Source of the DNA: Harriotta raleighana
Taxonomy: Eukaryota
Direction of reading: 5' to 3'
DNA length: 64,000 nucleotides
NCBI GenBank assembly: GCA_050575255.1
Contig: JBNZDD010013724.1
Location: 7,857,146 to 7,921,145, forward strand
In this document: positions 23,901-37,355 of the stretch, piece by piece
Position numbering within the stretch: the first letter of the stretch is position 1
How the letters are laid out: each line of letters opens with the position of its first letter
Translations under genes and position numbers: made by a program
The notes under the pieces: generated by a model
Database searches by the model: none
Told to the model about the DNA's origin: nothing
Seen by the model: only the letters and a program-made list of their open reading frames with translations

Positions 23901-25056
23901 CTGTTCTCAACTTGGGTCATGTCTAAACCCGTGACCCACAATGACTGAATTGTTCTATTTTTAACCGGAAACTGCAGCCCTCATTTCCTACCCTACATTT
24001 GAACACCCCACCACCCACCTTTGGGAAAAACGGGGAGAGATGGTGTGAAAACATGTATTTTCGCGACCGGAAGGTCAAATGGGAAAACAAAGATTTCCAA
24101 ATTGCTGGCTTGCTGTAGGCAAGCTGTTGGTTTAACAATTGGTCCATCCGTTTAAAAAACAGTCCTTCTGCTGAATTATACAGAACAGATGGCGTGTGAC
24201 ATGTGGGAGGTCAAGACCAGGTGTTGACAGTGCAACAGCCTTTAAAGCCTGAAAAGTTTAAACATGGACGTGCCAGTAGGCTGGTCCTGAAAATCAGAGA
24301 TCTTTGTTTAATCAAAAGGAAAAACAAATTCTGTGACAAGAATGTCACACATCTGAAACTCCCTCATTATTCTGAGACAGTAATAGAATGCTATTGGAAA
24401 AATCTTCAGGGAAACTATGGAACGAGGCTATTGACAGTGAAGATAGGTTTCATTCTCGTTCAATGACTCGGGAAAAAGGATGAATGTAAAACTAGAATGC
24501 CTCAGGCTACAAAAACTTCAACACGGAAGACCCATTTCGGTTTTCCACAGTGGGGATTCAATATTGTATTATTCTCCCAAAAATCAGAAAGGCTTAAAGC
24601 ATTGTTAGCACATTCATCTGTTCTGCCTTAACTTACACCAGTTCTTTCACTAAAATGCTCTCCGGGTATTACGGAAAGTTAGATCATGGGCCTGAAATCA
24701 CAAAACTAGGCACAAGGGATATATAAACTAATGATGAAACACAGTGAAAACAGCAACTAGAAAGCATCACCACATTGTGAACCCAGTGCAAGCCACATGG
24801 TTCAGGAAATTTATCTGGAGAAACCAGAGCAGAAAACAGAACAAATACATAATGTACAACAGATACTATCTTTCTTGTAAAGGAATTATCAGTACAGTAC
24901 TAAGAAATTGGCCACACTGCATTTCCCAGATTTATCTTTACCCACACAATATACAGTAGTTCGCCTCCAAAATCAGTTACTCCACTCTGCAGTATCTCCT
25001 GTGAAGAGCTTTAAGAAGACTTCCTGACATGACATGACAAAAGTAGAGATTATTTA

Positions 25057-25298
25057 TTTTCTGGACACATTTTGGTCCAATGTTCCCGTACCTATTCTGC
25101 ATCACATCTCCACGTTTTTTTTTAAAAATCCATAGGAAATATTACACTATTGACTATAATAGATGGTGGTGGTTGGANTTTTCTGGACACATTTTGGTCC
25201 AATGTTCCCGTACCTATTCTGCATCACAGCTCCACGTTGTTTTTTAAAAATCCATAGGAAATATTACACTATTGACTATAATAGATGGTGGTGGTTGG
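25057..25298. other. Assembly false duplication (about 120 bp twice, around N at 25178)
   Basis: Two near-identical copies with allele-like differences, abutting an N. Confidence 0.85.
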
Positions 25299-25909
25299 AG
25301 GGGGGGGAGCAATGTATACTCTGGGTCCTGAAGCCTTGACTTTTCCCCACCTGTGCCTAAATAACTCTAGGAAAATGCACATAATGGAACTGACGTGTAC
25401 TTTGGTTGTTGAAGGTTAGCTATGCCTGAACAGTTCCCAAGCTGCCGTAATGTACTTCTCTTCTTTTATACCACATTGGAAGGACTCCGAACACTCCAAT
25501 AGTGGCCCATGGCATTTGCTGAATAGTAAATATCACACATGTAGAATTCTTGGTCTCTCTGTTTGTAGTTTCTTAAGCATGTGGATAGGTTTCCACAGAC
25601 TCTTGGCTGACCACAACAAAATGCAGATGCATTGGAAAAGAAGTGCTAATCAGCAACAGGCTTATTTACACAAGCAAACATAGCAACTGACTATGCACAT
25701 AACAGCCATTAAGCCCAGATATAAAACGTAGCTATGTGTTAATGCCATTTTTGCACGCTATCACATACATATGCAATGTGGGGCCATAAAAGGAGGAATG
25801 TTTGAATTCAGGCTTGCAAGTTGTGACTACATGTTTTTCATTTCTGAAGTAACAAATAATGCCAAATCGGGATTTCTTAACAAAACAAGTCCGCCATAAA
25901 GGTACTCAC

Positions 25910-25981
25910 AGGTTTTTAATGTCGACAGCTCCACGGAAAGCCTTCCTTGGAATAGCGTGGATATGGTTTTCACTCAGGTCA
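25910..25981 (-). CDS. SLIT2: SLIT2 coding exon (exon 5 equivalent), one LRR of domain D1: (L)[23 protein letters not shown](L)
   Basis: 72-nt phase 2-2 exon with tag| acceptor and |gtgagt donor. Translation is near-identical to the recalled SLIT2 segment [25 protein letters not shown]. Confidence 0.97.
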
Positions 25982-26894
25982 CTAGGGTAAGAGAAGGAAA
26001 CAAAAGATCAGATCTATTTGTGTCTCATTGAGCAGATGCTGAAGTCTGACAACACAACACTGGAGCACATACAGGAGGCAATGCAATGCAGTTGAAACGC
26101 TTCAGTTTAGACTCTTACTTTCTTCACGGACTTCTTTATTTGCATCATATCAACAACAGCACAGCTTGCCTTATTCTTGCTGAATATGCGCATGTTTCTT
26201 CAGTCCTGCCGTAAAGCGTGGAAATTAATTACATTGGTACATGCATGGATCATCTGGCCCAAAAGGAAAAGATTGAGGAATGGCAGTGTGAGCCTTTAGC
26301 ACGTTTGAAACATAAAAGTAAGCTACAAGTTCGAATTTGTAATATTATTACATGGAACACTCATGTTTATGATTTGCCGCAGAACCTCCAAGAGACAAAG
26401 TGAACTGTAAAAGTCTGGTTCACTGTGCAGTTTTGCTGTGATGAATGTGTAGAGGAAGATGGGACCTATATGCTCTTATTCAATTTTCAATGCACTTTAA
26501 GTAATCTGTAAAATGGAATATGACTGCAGTGGCCCTGACAGTAAATCCTGCACCGTCAAATGAAATAAAACAGTCATTGTTACAATAGCTCAAGGTAAAA
26601 TAATTTAACCCTTTCCGTGCTGAAACATTGTCACAGGGACAAAATATTTTTACAGGTTTCATGCTTCAATTCAAAAAAGGGAATTAACCCAATCTCTTTT
26701 TCAGATAAAGGTTTTCATTTCTTGCTAACACATTTCACATAAACAATTGTTACAAAGCACTTGAGTACATTTTGAAACAAATTCACTCAATGTGAATATG
26801 ACACACTTTGCTCTGAAGCACAAAATATCCAGTGTAACCTTCATGATATACGTGCAACAAAAGTAGCACGTGTTTGTTTTAAGTCCTGTTTCCT

Positions 26895-27300
26895 CTCTCT
26901 CCAGTCCCCTACCCCCATAAATATCTTCACTTGAAGGCACAGGCGCCTGATGGTGTATTTCTTCACAGGTGCTGGCCACCCTGTGGTATCTATCTCAGCC
27001 AATGCCATTCTCCACGTGGATGTCTACACAAGGAGTCTTGGCCGGCTGAGTGGCTGTGGAGGTATTCCAGCCAAGCCTAATCCTGTTCTAAATGACATCC
27101 ATACTCATGAACTTTCTGGCAGGGATCACTGGTTGGTGAGAACGCTTGCTGATTTCCTTCCTCTTGGACGCAAGGCTGATGGTAACAATTCACTGCTGGC
27201 TGAAATCATCTAGCTCAGCACAGGCTGGGCATCTAACTCTCCTGGTTGGCTCGATACCACAGACAGTTGTGTACTTGCCCACTGGTTATTGTGGTGAGCC
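26895..27300 (-). mobile_element. SINE family B, near full length
   Basis: cagccaagcctaatcctgttct...tgaaatcatctagctcagcacaggctggg is collinear with 60705-61075. Confidence 0.7.
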
Positions 27301-29024
27301 AAATAAATCTGTGATTGAATGAGGCCAATGCTAATAATGACAGCCAAGGCTCAGTGCACTCCTATAGTAGTGTACAATTAATTTGCCCCAAACCTCGGTA
27401 CACTGGAACACTTTCAATGGATTAGCTAAAAGAGATCAGCGTCATGTTTGCTGATATAATACAATACATAGTGATTCAGTAGAGAGGTCTGTAAATGTCT
27501 ATGGAATCTGGCCATGTGAACCTTAAATAAGAAAATTCCAGTTAAGAATAAAACATTCTCAAATGGCAAGATCCATAAATTTATCAAGCTATAGAGTAAC
27601 CCCTTATCGTACACCTAATACACAATACCACACTGTCTACACAGGAAACAGCCATTGACAGAATGGTACTGTTAAAAGGCAGCTCTGTATTCGATCATTG
27701 TGTGGAGACGATGATTGCCTAGTTACATAGAGCGTCAGGATTCCCAAAAAAGAATGGACTTTGCTATTTACACAATGACAACAGGTGCTGGGAATATGCC
27801 TCCAGCACAGGGTGAAGTGGCCTGTTGGAATCCTGACTCCAGAACTGGACTCCTCTCACTGTTCTGCTGAACGACAGACCTGCCTGAGAGGCTTCAGCCC
27901 CATCCTTTAAATGCTCATTATGAATTCTTCCTGATTATTAATCATCCAATAAAGTGATTGACCTTTCAGACAATACCTCCCGAAACAGAAACGCACAACT
28001 ATTTGGGGAGATACTGACTGGTTACTCTGACATTATCTATTCTTTCCTCATTCGGGGTACGGGGAAGTCCGATGTTGTCTGGTCACTCGTTTGCATTCAG
28101 TTTCCTATATTGGTCTGTGCCAAGTGAATCTCAAATAAACTTTATTGTCTTTTGTTTCATGCATATCATATTGCATTTCTAAAACAAACACTGCAGTTAT
28201 TTTCCAGTATCCTATGTCAATGTCACCCGACTGCTAATAAATTGTTACTACTTTGACTGCAACTTATACAGCACCTTTCATGTCGGGAGGATGCCTCAAG
28301 GTGCCAGGAAGACTTCCCAAGGCACTGTAACAAGACTTTGCATTCAGTAGGTCACTAAAGCAACAGATATGAATGATATCAGAGACTTCTGAACATATAT
28401 GCTTCATTCTGTAAGGTACAGGTATTTGTGGAGTTGAGGAAAAATAGCTAAATCTTCTACTGGATGGTAGTTTTAGCATTGTATCCTATTTACTATACCC
28501 AGACTTTGCATGCTCCCTTTCAACATAAAATGTCTATGATCACCTTCCCTTCCTCTTGCTCCCCATCACTGTGAAGTGCTCTGAGACTCTATCCTATGCT
28601 ATATAAATATAAGTTGTTGTCTGGATGATGTCAGTAAGAGCTGTGGAGAGCAACGTTGTTCAATGAGTTTATATCTACTTGAAAAAGGCTGTGATTTGAA
28701 TTGAGTATGTCTGTGAGTTTGATTTGAATCAGATTCAGATCCTCAGTGCTCTACTATCTAAATAAATAATTGTGCGTTTATTTAGAGGCAGGGGTGGCTT
28801 CAGCAAATACGGGCTGCATTTTTCTGGAACAGAGAGTATCCAAAGTCTCTGTGGATTGAGTTTGGTCCAAATAAGATTATAGCCTCCCCCTATGCATGGA
28901 TCTGCTGAAGCTAAAGATCAGCATAACTTATTTCTGGATATGGTGTAAAGATGAGTCACCTTGTAAAAAGGCAGGTTTCACATCAAGATGTTGTACTGAA
29001 GAAAATGTTCCACTTAACCTAAAG

Positions 29025-29275
29025 AACTGTAGAAATTTACAACACAGAGGAAGATCATTCGGCCCATCCTGTCTGTGCTGGCTCCTTGAAATTGCAACCC
29101 ATTTGGTTCCATTCACCTGAATGGTATGTTTCCACATACCATTGCAAATGATTCATTTATAGGTATCTACCTAGTTTCCTCTTGAAAGCTAACATGGATC
29201 CTGCCTTGTCCCTGGCTCACACAACAGGGCCTTCCACATCCCAACAACTCTTGGCAAAGAAATTACTCTTACACT
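29025..29275 (-). mobile_element. CR1 3' end fragment
   Basis: tagaaatttacaacacagaggaagatcattcggcccatc is the reverse complement of the CR1 tail at about 18170-18210. Confidence 0.75.
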
Positions 29276-32200
29276 CGCTTTGTTTCCTTCTTACATATGT
29301 GCCCTGTATACCTATTATCAGAGAAATGGGTTGCTGCAGCAGTGGTGGCTGGGATATGGCTGCCCTACTAGTCCATGTGACTCAGGTGCTCTGAGCTTGT
29401 TAATATGATCATTATGCACCAACATCGCATTCTAATAAGGGAGCCTTTCCTAACTGTGAAAGCATTTGGTGGTGGCTCCAATCCTAAGGGAGTTTGCCTG
29501 CATACCACTCAGTCAAATTAACATTTTATTCCTGCCTTTCCATAAGGTGACTCATTTTCACACCTTGCTCAGTGCTTCGGGATGTCCTCCCTATGTGAAA
29601 GATGCTATTTAAATGCAATTTATTGTTGTTGGTTTAAAAGACCAGATCAAGAATCTTATAAGAAATCATTTTTAACCATCACAATATGTTTTAGATCCTC
29701 TCCGAAATGCTCTTTGGAGGCTATACAAAAGGAAGGGTGTTATCAGAAAGGATTTGAGAACATTTCTCTGGCAGAGAGGGAGTCATAAACAATAAGCTAG
29801 TTCAAAGCATATGCACATGGAAAAGCAGTGAAGTTATCACACACTGTATTTGAACAGAATTGATCGAAATGTGCATAGCTGCCTTGTGGCTTCTTAATAC
29901 CCTATCTTAAGTGCAGGTAATAGAAAAGCAATCCCTGAAATTATAGACTTTCAAGAAGAATCTTATTGTGTTCTTGTCAGTTCAACCCTCCGGAAATGGA
30001 GATTCTCACAATACTTGTATTGAGTATCACTGAGGATGCATTGGCTACCAACACTGCCTTGTTGTCCTTTGAACTCAGTAGTAATAAATCTTGTGTAGAT
30101 GGCACCATGCTTGTAAATTTAATTACTGGTAATTTTATTTTCCTCCAAGGCAACGCTCCCTGAACTCAGTATGACGCAACTATAAATCTCCACTGCTATC
30201 GACCCTTTTCATTAACTACCTTTACTAAGCTAAGCTCCTTAAAATAAATGGTAACGGTATCTACAGCACAATAGGAAGGGACTACAGAAAGCACAGTGGG
30301 AAAAAGAGAACTGGCCAAATGCTCAGCCAGCTACTCAAAGGAAGGTGCCAATTTAGAACAATTACTGGACTCAAATAGCCTTAGTGTAATATGTTTTGTG
30401 GCAAAGAGATAAATGAGCTGGGATAAAGATATTTCCCTGTGGTAACCTCTGCACTGCTTTTCCCAATCAATACTGCTTCAATGTAGTTATTCCATTTAAT
30501 CTGGAATGTATTAATATAAATATTTCCCTATTGATCACTGGGAGGCTGAGAGCATCTTCAAATGAGCTGCATGTTAGATCAGGCCAAGTTTGCAATCTGC
30601 AAGACAACTGCTGCCTAAAGCTCTGCTATTTTAAGGGGGATGATGCTTTGAATGACTTGACTTGTAATGTATAGCAGTCACCTGGTTGCTGCAATCTGCA
30701 TTTTGAGAAAGTTACTAAACAATGAGTGAGCTGAGGGTAACAGGGAATGAACTAAAGCCAACTGAAAGTACAGCATTTGTGAACACAGCACTGTAACCTG
30801 CCAGTTCTGATCAGCAAGCCAATTTTGAGTCCTTAAATTGAGGATTATCACCGAAGGAAACAATGTTGGTTTTACACAGATGTTTGTTAGTGTGGAATAT
30901 TTGCCCCAACAGGCTGTTAAAGACCACAGAAACGTATACTGTAAAAGGGAATTGGATGGGATTAGAGCACATATTTCCAGGGCAAACATAATGGCATAAT
31001 GGCAAGTGTTGCAAACTTTCTTTGATTCTATAGAACTATGTACCGTAGCTTGTAATAGCAATCCTTGCATTTCATATTGCGTTAATGGTGTTGACATCTC
31101 ATTTAGATCAAAGCACTTCACAAAGTTTCTGTAAAGTATACTGATGTATCGTTGTAAGAAAATTTAGTAGCTAGCTTGTGCTCAGCAATGTTAGAATAAA
31201 AAAAACCTTGCATTTGATATAGTGCCTTATAACACTAGATGTCTCAAATCGCTGCACAGAGTGTACTGTAATGACTATACATTTTGTGGGTGAATGTTCA
31301 TAGAAGTGAAGTGAATGTATAATTTTATATGGGGAAGAGAATATTCTACGAATCAGCCAGGTTGACATCTAACTTCTTACATTCATAAAAAGAACTGGCA
31401 TTTGTAAAGCACTTTGTCATCTCAAAACATTTCAAAATTCTCACAGATGATTAGTGTGAAGTGAGAATATGTCTCTGGAAAATGTGCAACTTTCTCTTTT
31501 CTTCTATTAAGGCACAACTCCATAGAAATCCTCTAATACCGCACTCAAGTGAGGAACTGGAAGATTTTATGATACAGTTTAGATGTGATTCTTGACATTT
31601 GTGCAAACGTAACATTAGAGTCAAGCAATGGAGTTTACTGATCTGTCACTGACGGCTGGAAGTTTGGAGCAATATCATATAAGCACTTTGAGACATCTAG
31701 AAGATGTGAAAAGGGCTATAACAAATGCAAGGATTGTTATATATTATAAATATATAATAATTATAATGCAACAATGGAGCAAGATGGCTCAAATGTAATT
31801 CTATAATTGGGCAGAATATAGTTTGGGAATATTTCTCTACTGTTTGTCAAAATTTACAGATCACATAATCCCTCCTCCCCATGTCAATACTGCATATGCT
31901 TTCATATGTATGTTCAAAGATACATACTGTACAGTACAATTGTGTGGAATAGATACATCTAGACATTTTATCTTTTAATCATAGATCTTATTGTGACACA
32001 TCTGATACACTGTGCCAGGACAGAAGTGAATGTTCTACTATTACTCTGAACTTAATTTCTCCTTCTTAATATCGTGTCATATTCTGACAGTGATGAAAGA
32101 TGACATATACAATTACTGGTGCATAAGGGTGGTGGAAGAAAGGAATTCACTCTTTGACAGCCTACAAATAGATTGTATTCTCAATCATCGCAAACCACCA

Positions 32201-32439
32201 GTGTTTATCTGTTGTGTATCTCATCACACTATTAATTATTTGATACCACCATAGTCAGTGACACTATTGGAAATAACCTTGTGATATAGGGGTGAAAATG
32301 TGGTATGTGGAAACGATCACGGATGATAAGTATCATACTGTGGGTCATTCCATTCTTGGAAATGTCCCAGTTGATAACCACTGTGAGGAACATCCTTTTA
32401 TCTTGTTAAAATGGTTTTGCCCAGAAGCTGTTGGTTGCA

Positions 32440-32682
32440 GCTATTGAGCTGACAAGCAACCCGTTTGCTCCTATCACTGTACAGATCCAAGGAGATTGCA
32501 GGGCTGCTTCAGGGAATATCAGCGTAACTCAACTGTTAAAGCTAACAATCACTGCCAAGACTTGCGCATGAATAGTGATCACTTGGGTGAGGTTCAAGAG
32601 GGAGGCAGATGTCAGGGGTTCCATGCACCAGTGAAAGCAAAAATAAGTCAAACACTTTCGAGAGCAGAGTGGGAAGGGGTAA
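32440..32682 (+). mobile_element. SINE family B, 3' part, decayed
   Basis: cactgccaagacttgcgcatgaatagtgatcacttgggtgaggt...cactttcgagagcagagtgggaag. Confidence 0.5.
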
Positions 32683-32847
32683 GATTCCAAATCAGTATCA
32701 AATGATGGAAACATTTATGTAACTCATGATGTCTGGATTTAATAGGAATGCCATTTCAGTTGCTGTACAGCAAACTGTGGATGGGAAATACAGTGCTGTA
32801 CTATTAATTCTTTAGAGAAAAATAATGAGATTACTGTCCTAGGAAAC

Positions 32848-33225
32848 TACAACAACTTTGATTTATATAGCGCCCTCCATGTTGAATGGTGTCTCAGCGA
32901 GCGTTTCACAATAACAGATCCCGGGCCCAAACCAGAGGGAGGGGGAAAAAGGTTACCGAAGGTACGGTCGACAAGAAAGGCCTTTAACAAAGACCTGAAC
33001 TAGAAAGAGAGGGAACGAGGAGAAGGGAGTGAGGAAGGGAGTTCCAGGGCTTTGGGTCGTAGTGGCTGACGATGGTGGAGCGGAGGATTCAGGGGACAAG
33101 GAGGAGATCAGAACCAGAAGAATGAAGGCAACAGGTGCTGTTTTGGGGAGAGAGGAGGTCATAGAGGTAGAGGATGCAGAGGAGTGGAGAGATTTGAAAA
33201 CGAGTGAATCTCGATCGTGGATCTA
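32848..33225 (-). mobile_element. L2 LINE 3' fragment
   Basis: Tail caacaactttgatttatatagcgccctccatg...gtctcagcg, followed by L2 ORF2 C-terminal sequence similar to 45430-45660. Confidence 0.88.
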
Positions 33226-33309
33226 GATTCCCTTAAGTAAAACTAGGAAATAATCTGGATGTGCTGTAAGCACGAGTTGTACATTTGTTGAGAACTCATC
33301 CCTCATGGT

Positions 33310-33575
33310 TGTGTTCCAGCTGGTGCAGTACTATTCATTCATACAATAGTGTGATCAGTGTCCAGATCAAAATGATCTCTAATCATTTAGGCACATCAGT
33401 TTCCTCCCCACCTAAAGCTACAGTTGTCAGATAACTTAATACAGGCCAGAGATTGAACCAGGGAGTTTCTGGTTCAATATCAGGCATGGACAAGATAGTC
33501 TGTTTCTGTGCCTTACTGATCTTTATATAACCACTACATTATAGGTGGGTTGCGTTTATCCACTGAGCCATGGCA
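33310..33575 (-). mobile_element. SINE family B, 5' part
   Basis: cagataacttaatacaggccagagattgaaccaggg...tgcgtttatccactgagcca (B box and A box on the minus strand). Confidence 0.55.
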
Positions 33576-34444
33576 TGCAGGAAGGGAGCAGTTGAATGGA
33601 AGAGTCCAAAATATTGAGGATTTTTAGCTACCAGATGGAAAACTTTTCTCAATACTGCTCACTCGTGAAAGCTAATTTGTTTTACATGTAGAATTCTGAC
33701 AGCCGCACAGACAGGCTGGGAAGATCATCTGTCCACCTGCACCCGCTTTCAACAGGGAGGCAACGAGGCACACTGGCTGGTTGTTTGATCAACAACCACA
33801 CAAGGCCTAGTGCTCACTTTTCTTCATAAACGTCCAAACTTGTCAAAATAAATGTCAAGAGGCAGACGCAGCGGAATTTATGAGGCCATGCCATGCAGTG
33901 TCAGCTTTGAGCTTGTACAGAAATCCTGAAACATAAGGTCTTTTTCATGAGACAGCACTCGGAGCCATTATTCTTTGCCTGTCCAAAGAACCATCTTGTA
34001 GTCCTCATTCACAACAGCTTGAACTTCAAGCCTGCTCTGGAAAGTCATGAACCCTATCATGTTACACATGAACAGCCAAAATGTTACAGGAGGTCTAAAC
34101 AGGCCTCACTCTATTTTATGAATATTGTATGGAGTAAACATACCAAAGATAAACATATCTGTAAGTAAAGAAAAGAAGGCACATGTTTTGAAGAAGATAA
34201 GTCATTAAGAGTTAATCTTGTGATATATCCAATGCACAGTGGAGACTTGTTACAATGCTTTTGCTGGGAATGGAGCGGGGCTCCAAAGAAATCTCAGCTG
34301 ATAGTAAAATGCAAGGAGGCAGAGACCTGCCGATTGGTGCACAGGAAGTCAAAAGGGCTGACTTCTGATTCATCAGAACACCACTAATGTCGCTTCCAGT
34401 ATGCAGTGAAAACAGTAGATATTGAATTTATTGGGCAAGTAAAT

Positions 34445-34672
34445 GCTGGGTTCCAACTTCCCAGAGTACCTCCAACTTGTTCCCCTTCTTCCCTTTATCA
34501 AAGCACATCTCGAAAAGGACCTCTTTGACCAGACTTTCAATTCATCTTTCCCTTCTTTTCCCTCCTCACCCCCTCAGTTCCCACTCTTAAACCAAGATGC
34601 CTATCTAGTATTGTGAAGTGCTTTGAGACATCCTCACAACGTGAAAGGCACTATATAAATATAAATTGTATT
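34445..34672 (+). mobile_element. L2 3' end
   Basis: ctcgaaaaggacctctttgaccagactttc...gtgaagtgctttgagacatcctcacaacgtgaaaggcactatataaat. Confidence 0.75.
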
Positions 34673-34789
34673 CCCTTGTAACTGGATTTGCATTAGATTG
34701 AAGTGCTTTATCACAGGGCACTACTGTATATCACATTAAGTGTACTTGAGATTGATTACCCTCTTCCCTCCACTCCCCCATGCCCCTAC

Positions 34790-34815
34790 CACATACACAC
34801 ACACACACACACACA
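34790..34815 (+). repeat. (CA)n microsatellite
   Basis: Visible directly in the sequence. Confidence 0.9.
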
Positions 34816-35880
34816 TTGGACTACTAGATTTCTGGTTCATGGCACTGATTAACCAGTTAACATGGTTATTGTTAACTGAGAATTAAAGCAGTTTTTAAGG
34901 TGCAGCACAGCAAGGTAAATGCCCTGTGAGTGTGACCTATTGTACATCACATTGACTCCTTGACCTTAGTACACATGAAGTTATTCATGTCTCTTTCTTC
35001 ATTCACTGGATTAAATAAATCAAGATAAAAAGGTTCCCTAATCCAGCTCATCCATTTTGAGATATGTTCTTGATATGTTTTCTCTTGGAGAACAAATTAA
35101 TTCAGGAATTTCAACATCTGCCTCTCCACTGTCACATTAGTCATTACTTCAGCAGCTTCATTTCTTCCTAATAGAACTGCAGAAATGAGCGTGTATGTTA
35201 GTAGCTCTGGCCTGAAGCCTTCACCCACAAAGCTGCTGTTCGATTTGAAATAAAATATTTTGTGTTCCCACAAGTTTCTGCAAGCATCATTTTTGCAAAT
35301 AACCCATTTGTAGAGAAAAAAAACATTTAGAAAATCTCCTGTTGAACTGTAGAAAAGAACACTATTTTTGGCACATCACCAAAAGTCTTCTGAATAGCTA
35401 CACTAACTGGGTTTAGCGGCCCAGGGTACTTGAGTGATATAATGGAGTAGAGTGGATGGTGTGAGATGCTGTGAAGTGTTCTTGTGGCTTTGGGGTCCTA
35501 TCCAGCACTAATTCCTATCTGTTCCATTCAATTTATTTCTATGAGGGAATAATTGTCCTACTTTATATTAAAAAAAGGTGAATTGCTAAACTTCCGTGCA
35601 TTTAAGGAGTGTTTCTATCCTCACTGTTAAGAACTGTTCACAAAAAAAAATGCCCCGAAAAACCCATGGTATCTGATTGTGGACCTCGCCTTCTGTCCCT
35701 TCTTTGTCTCAAATGTTCTTTTTAATTGTGTGTATACCATTCATCTTGATTTCTAATGAATTATATTTTGCAAAGCACTTCAAGGATGTTTATTTTACAT
35801 GAAAGACACTTTGTAATGCAAGGTATTATTATAGTTCTATATACATTGACATCCCTCTGCTACTAAGTGGTCACTAACCA

Positions 35881-36056
35881 ACTTTGTATGATGTACATGG
35901 CCTTGGGTCCAATATTCCATAAACTGGATTATGTGACTTTCTCATTATCAGTTCATGCATCACTGATGGTTGTCAAAGAGCTGACTATGGCCNACTTTGT
36001 ATGATGTACATGGCCTTGGGTCCAATATTCCATAAACTGGATTTTGTGACTTTCTN
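35881..36056. other. Assembly false duplication at N 35993 and N 36056
   Basis: actttgtatgatgtacatggcc... is repeated immediately after the N with one substitution. Confidence 0.8.
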
Positions 36057-36411
36057 ATTATTAAGCAAAGAGTTAAAAAGGGTATCTTACTTCATAGCAC
36101 AGCTCTTATTTTTTTTAACATTCAAGCAACTAATTAAAACCTTTAGCTGAACAGTGTCCTTTGCAGGTCTTTGGCAGTGAGCATAGGGAACCAGAGAGCT
36201 TCTGAATCAAAATGAGCTTTAAACTAACATACTGAAAGGCTGAGTAGAAAAGAGATAGATAGCCTTGATGAAACTAAATATGTTACTATATGAACCGTTA
36301 CTTCTGCCACTTGCCCAAACAGTTCTTGGGAGATGGCGCTAAGCCTTCCATTGATCATTGAAAAGAAGGAAAAAAGGTTTAGTGAATTGCTTTCAGTGAA
36401 GACAGTAACAT

Positions 36412-36728
36412 ATAATAATAATAATACTTGTATTTGATGTAGCACTTTTCACGTCTTCTAGACATCTCAAAGCGCTTCACAGAATATACTGTAAAGTTAA
36501 TTGACTGTATATTTGTGGGTGGAACGAGGCAGCTAATTGCGGACAGCAGTGTCCCACAAACAGTCGTGGATTGAAATGACCAATTTATCACTGTTTTTTT
36601 TTCTTGAGGGATTATTATCAGGTGCGTGGAGTAACAAAACTTGCCCAGGAATTTACCCTGAGCTGTTGGGAATTGAACACAGTTCTCTTGTTTGTGAAGC
36701 GACGGCTCTAACTACTGAGCATATAACA
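36412..36728 (-). mobile_element. Short tRNA/Deu SINE with L2 tail, full length
   Basis: Has an (AAT)n tail, ctcaaagcgcttcacagaatatactgtaaag, cagcagtgtcccacaaac, and A/B boxes at about 36665-36722. Confidence 0.88.
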
Positions 36729-36764
36729 GGAATAAGAAGATATAGCTATGAGCATAGATTTTCC

Positions 36765-36950
36765 ATATGTGCTGGTCAAGCTGAAATCATAAGCATATTT
36801 AGAAGGAAACTGGAAAATCATTTAATGAATAGCAATATCAAATGGTAATGAGAAAGTAAAATGGGATTAGTTAGCTTTTGTGGGTGAACTCCCATCAGTT
36901 CAGGCTCAATGAGCCAAATAGCCTCCTCCTTTGTTATCTATTGGTGCTAT
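36765..36950 (+). mobile_element. CR1 3' end, decayed
   Basis: catatttagaaggaaactgga...caggctcaatgagccaaatagcctcctcc. Confidence 0.6.
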
Positions 36951-37069
36951 TGTCATAGAAGATAGTCATCAACTCACATGTTTCTAATGAAAGTTGTTTG
37001 TTTTTCTGTCTATTCAAAATCTAATTATTTCTGAAAATAATAATTCATACATTTAATACAAAGTAATAG

Positions 37070-37355
37070 AATCACAATATCAAAATGTCTAAAGGCCCTC
37101 ATGGAATTTTTACAGTAAAGTGTAGTGATTATGTTTTTTGTAGGTGAATACATCAACATATTTGCACACTGCAATGTCCCATAAACATCCATTCAAATGA
37201 ATCATTAATTATTTTCTGGAGGATTGTAGGCCAATGCATTGGGAGAAACTCCCTCATCTTGTTGAATAGTCTCATGGAATTTATAACATCCATCTGAACA
37301 AGCTGACAGGTACTCAGATTAATTCCTCAATCGAAAGATGGGATCTCTGACAATG
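37070..37355 (-). mobile_element. Long Deu-SINE (SacSINE1-like), decayed
   Basis: tttgcacactgcaatgtcccataaac...gagaaactccctcatcttgttgaatagtctcatgg...aatcgaaagatgggatctctgacaatg. Confidence 0.7.
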
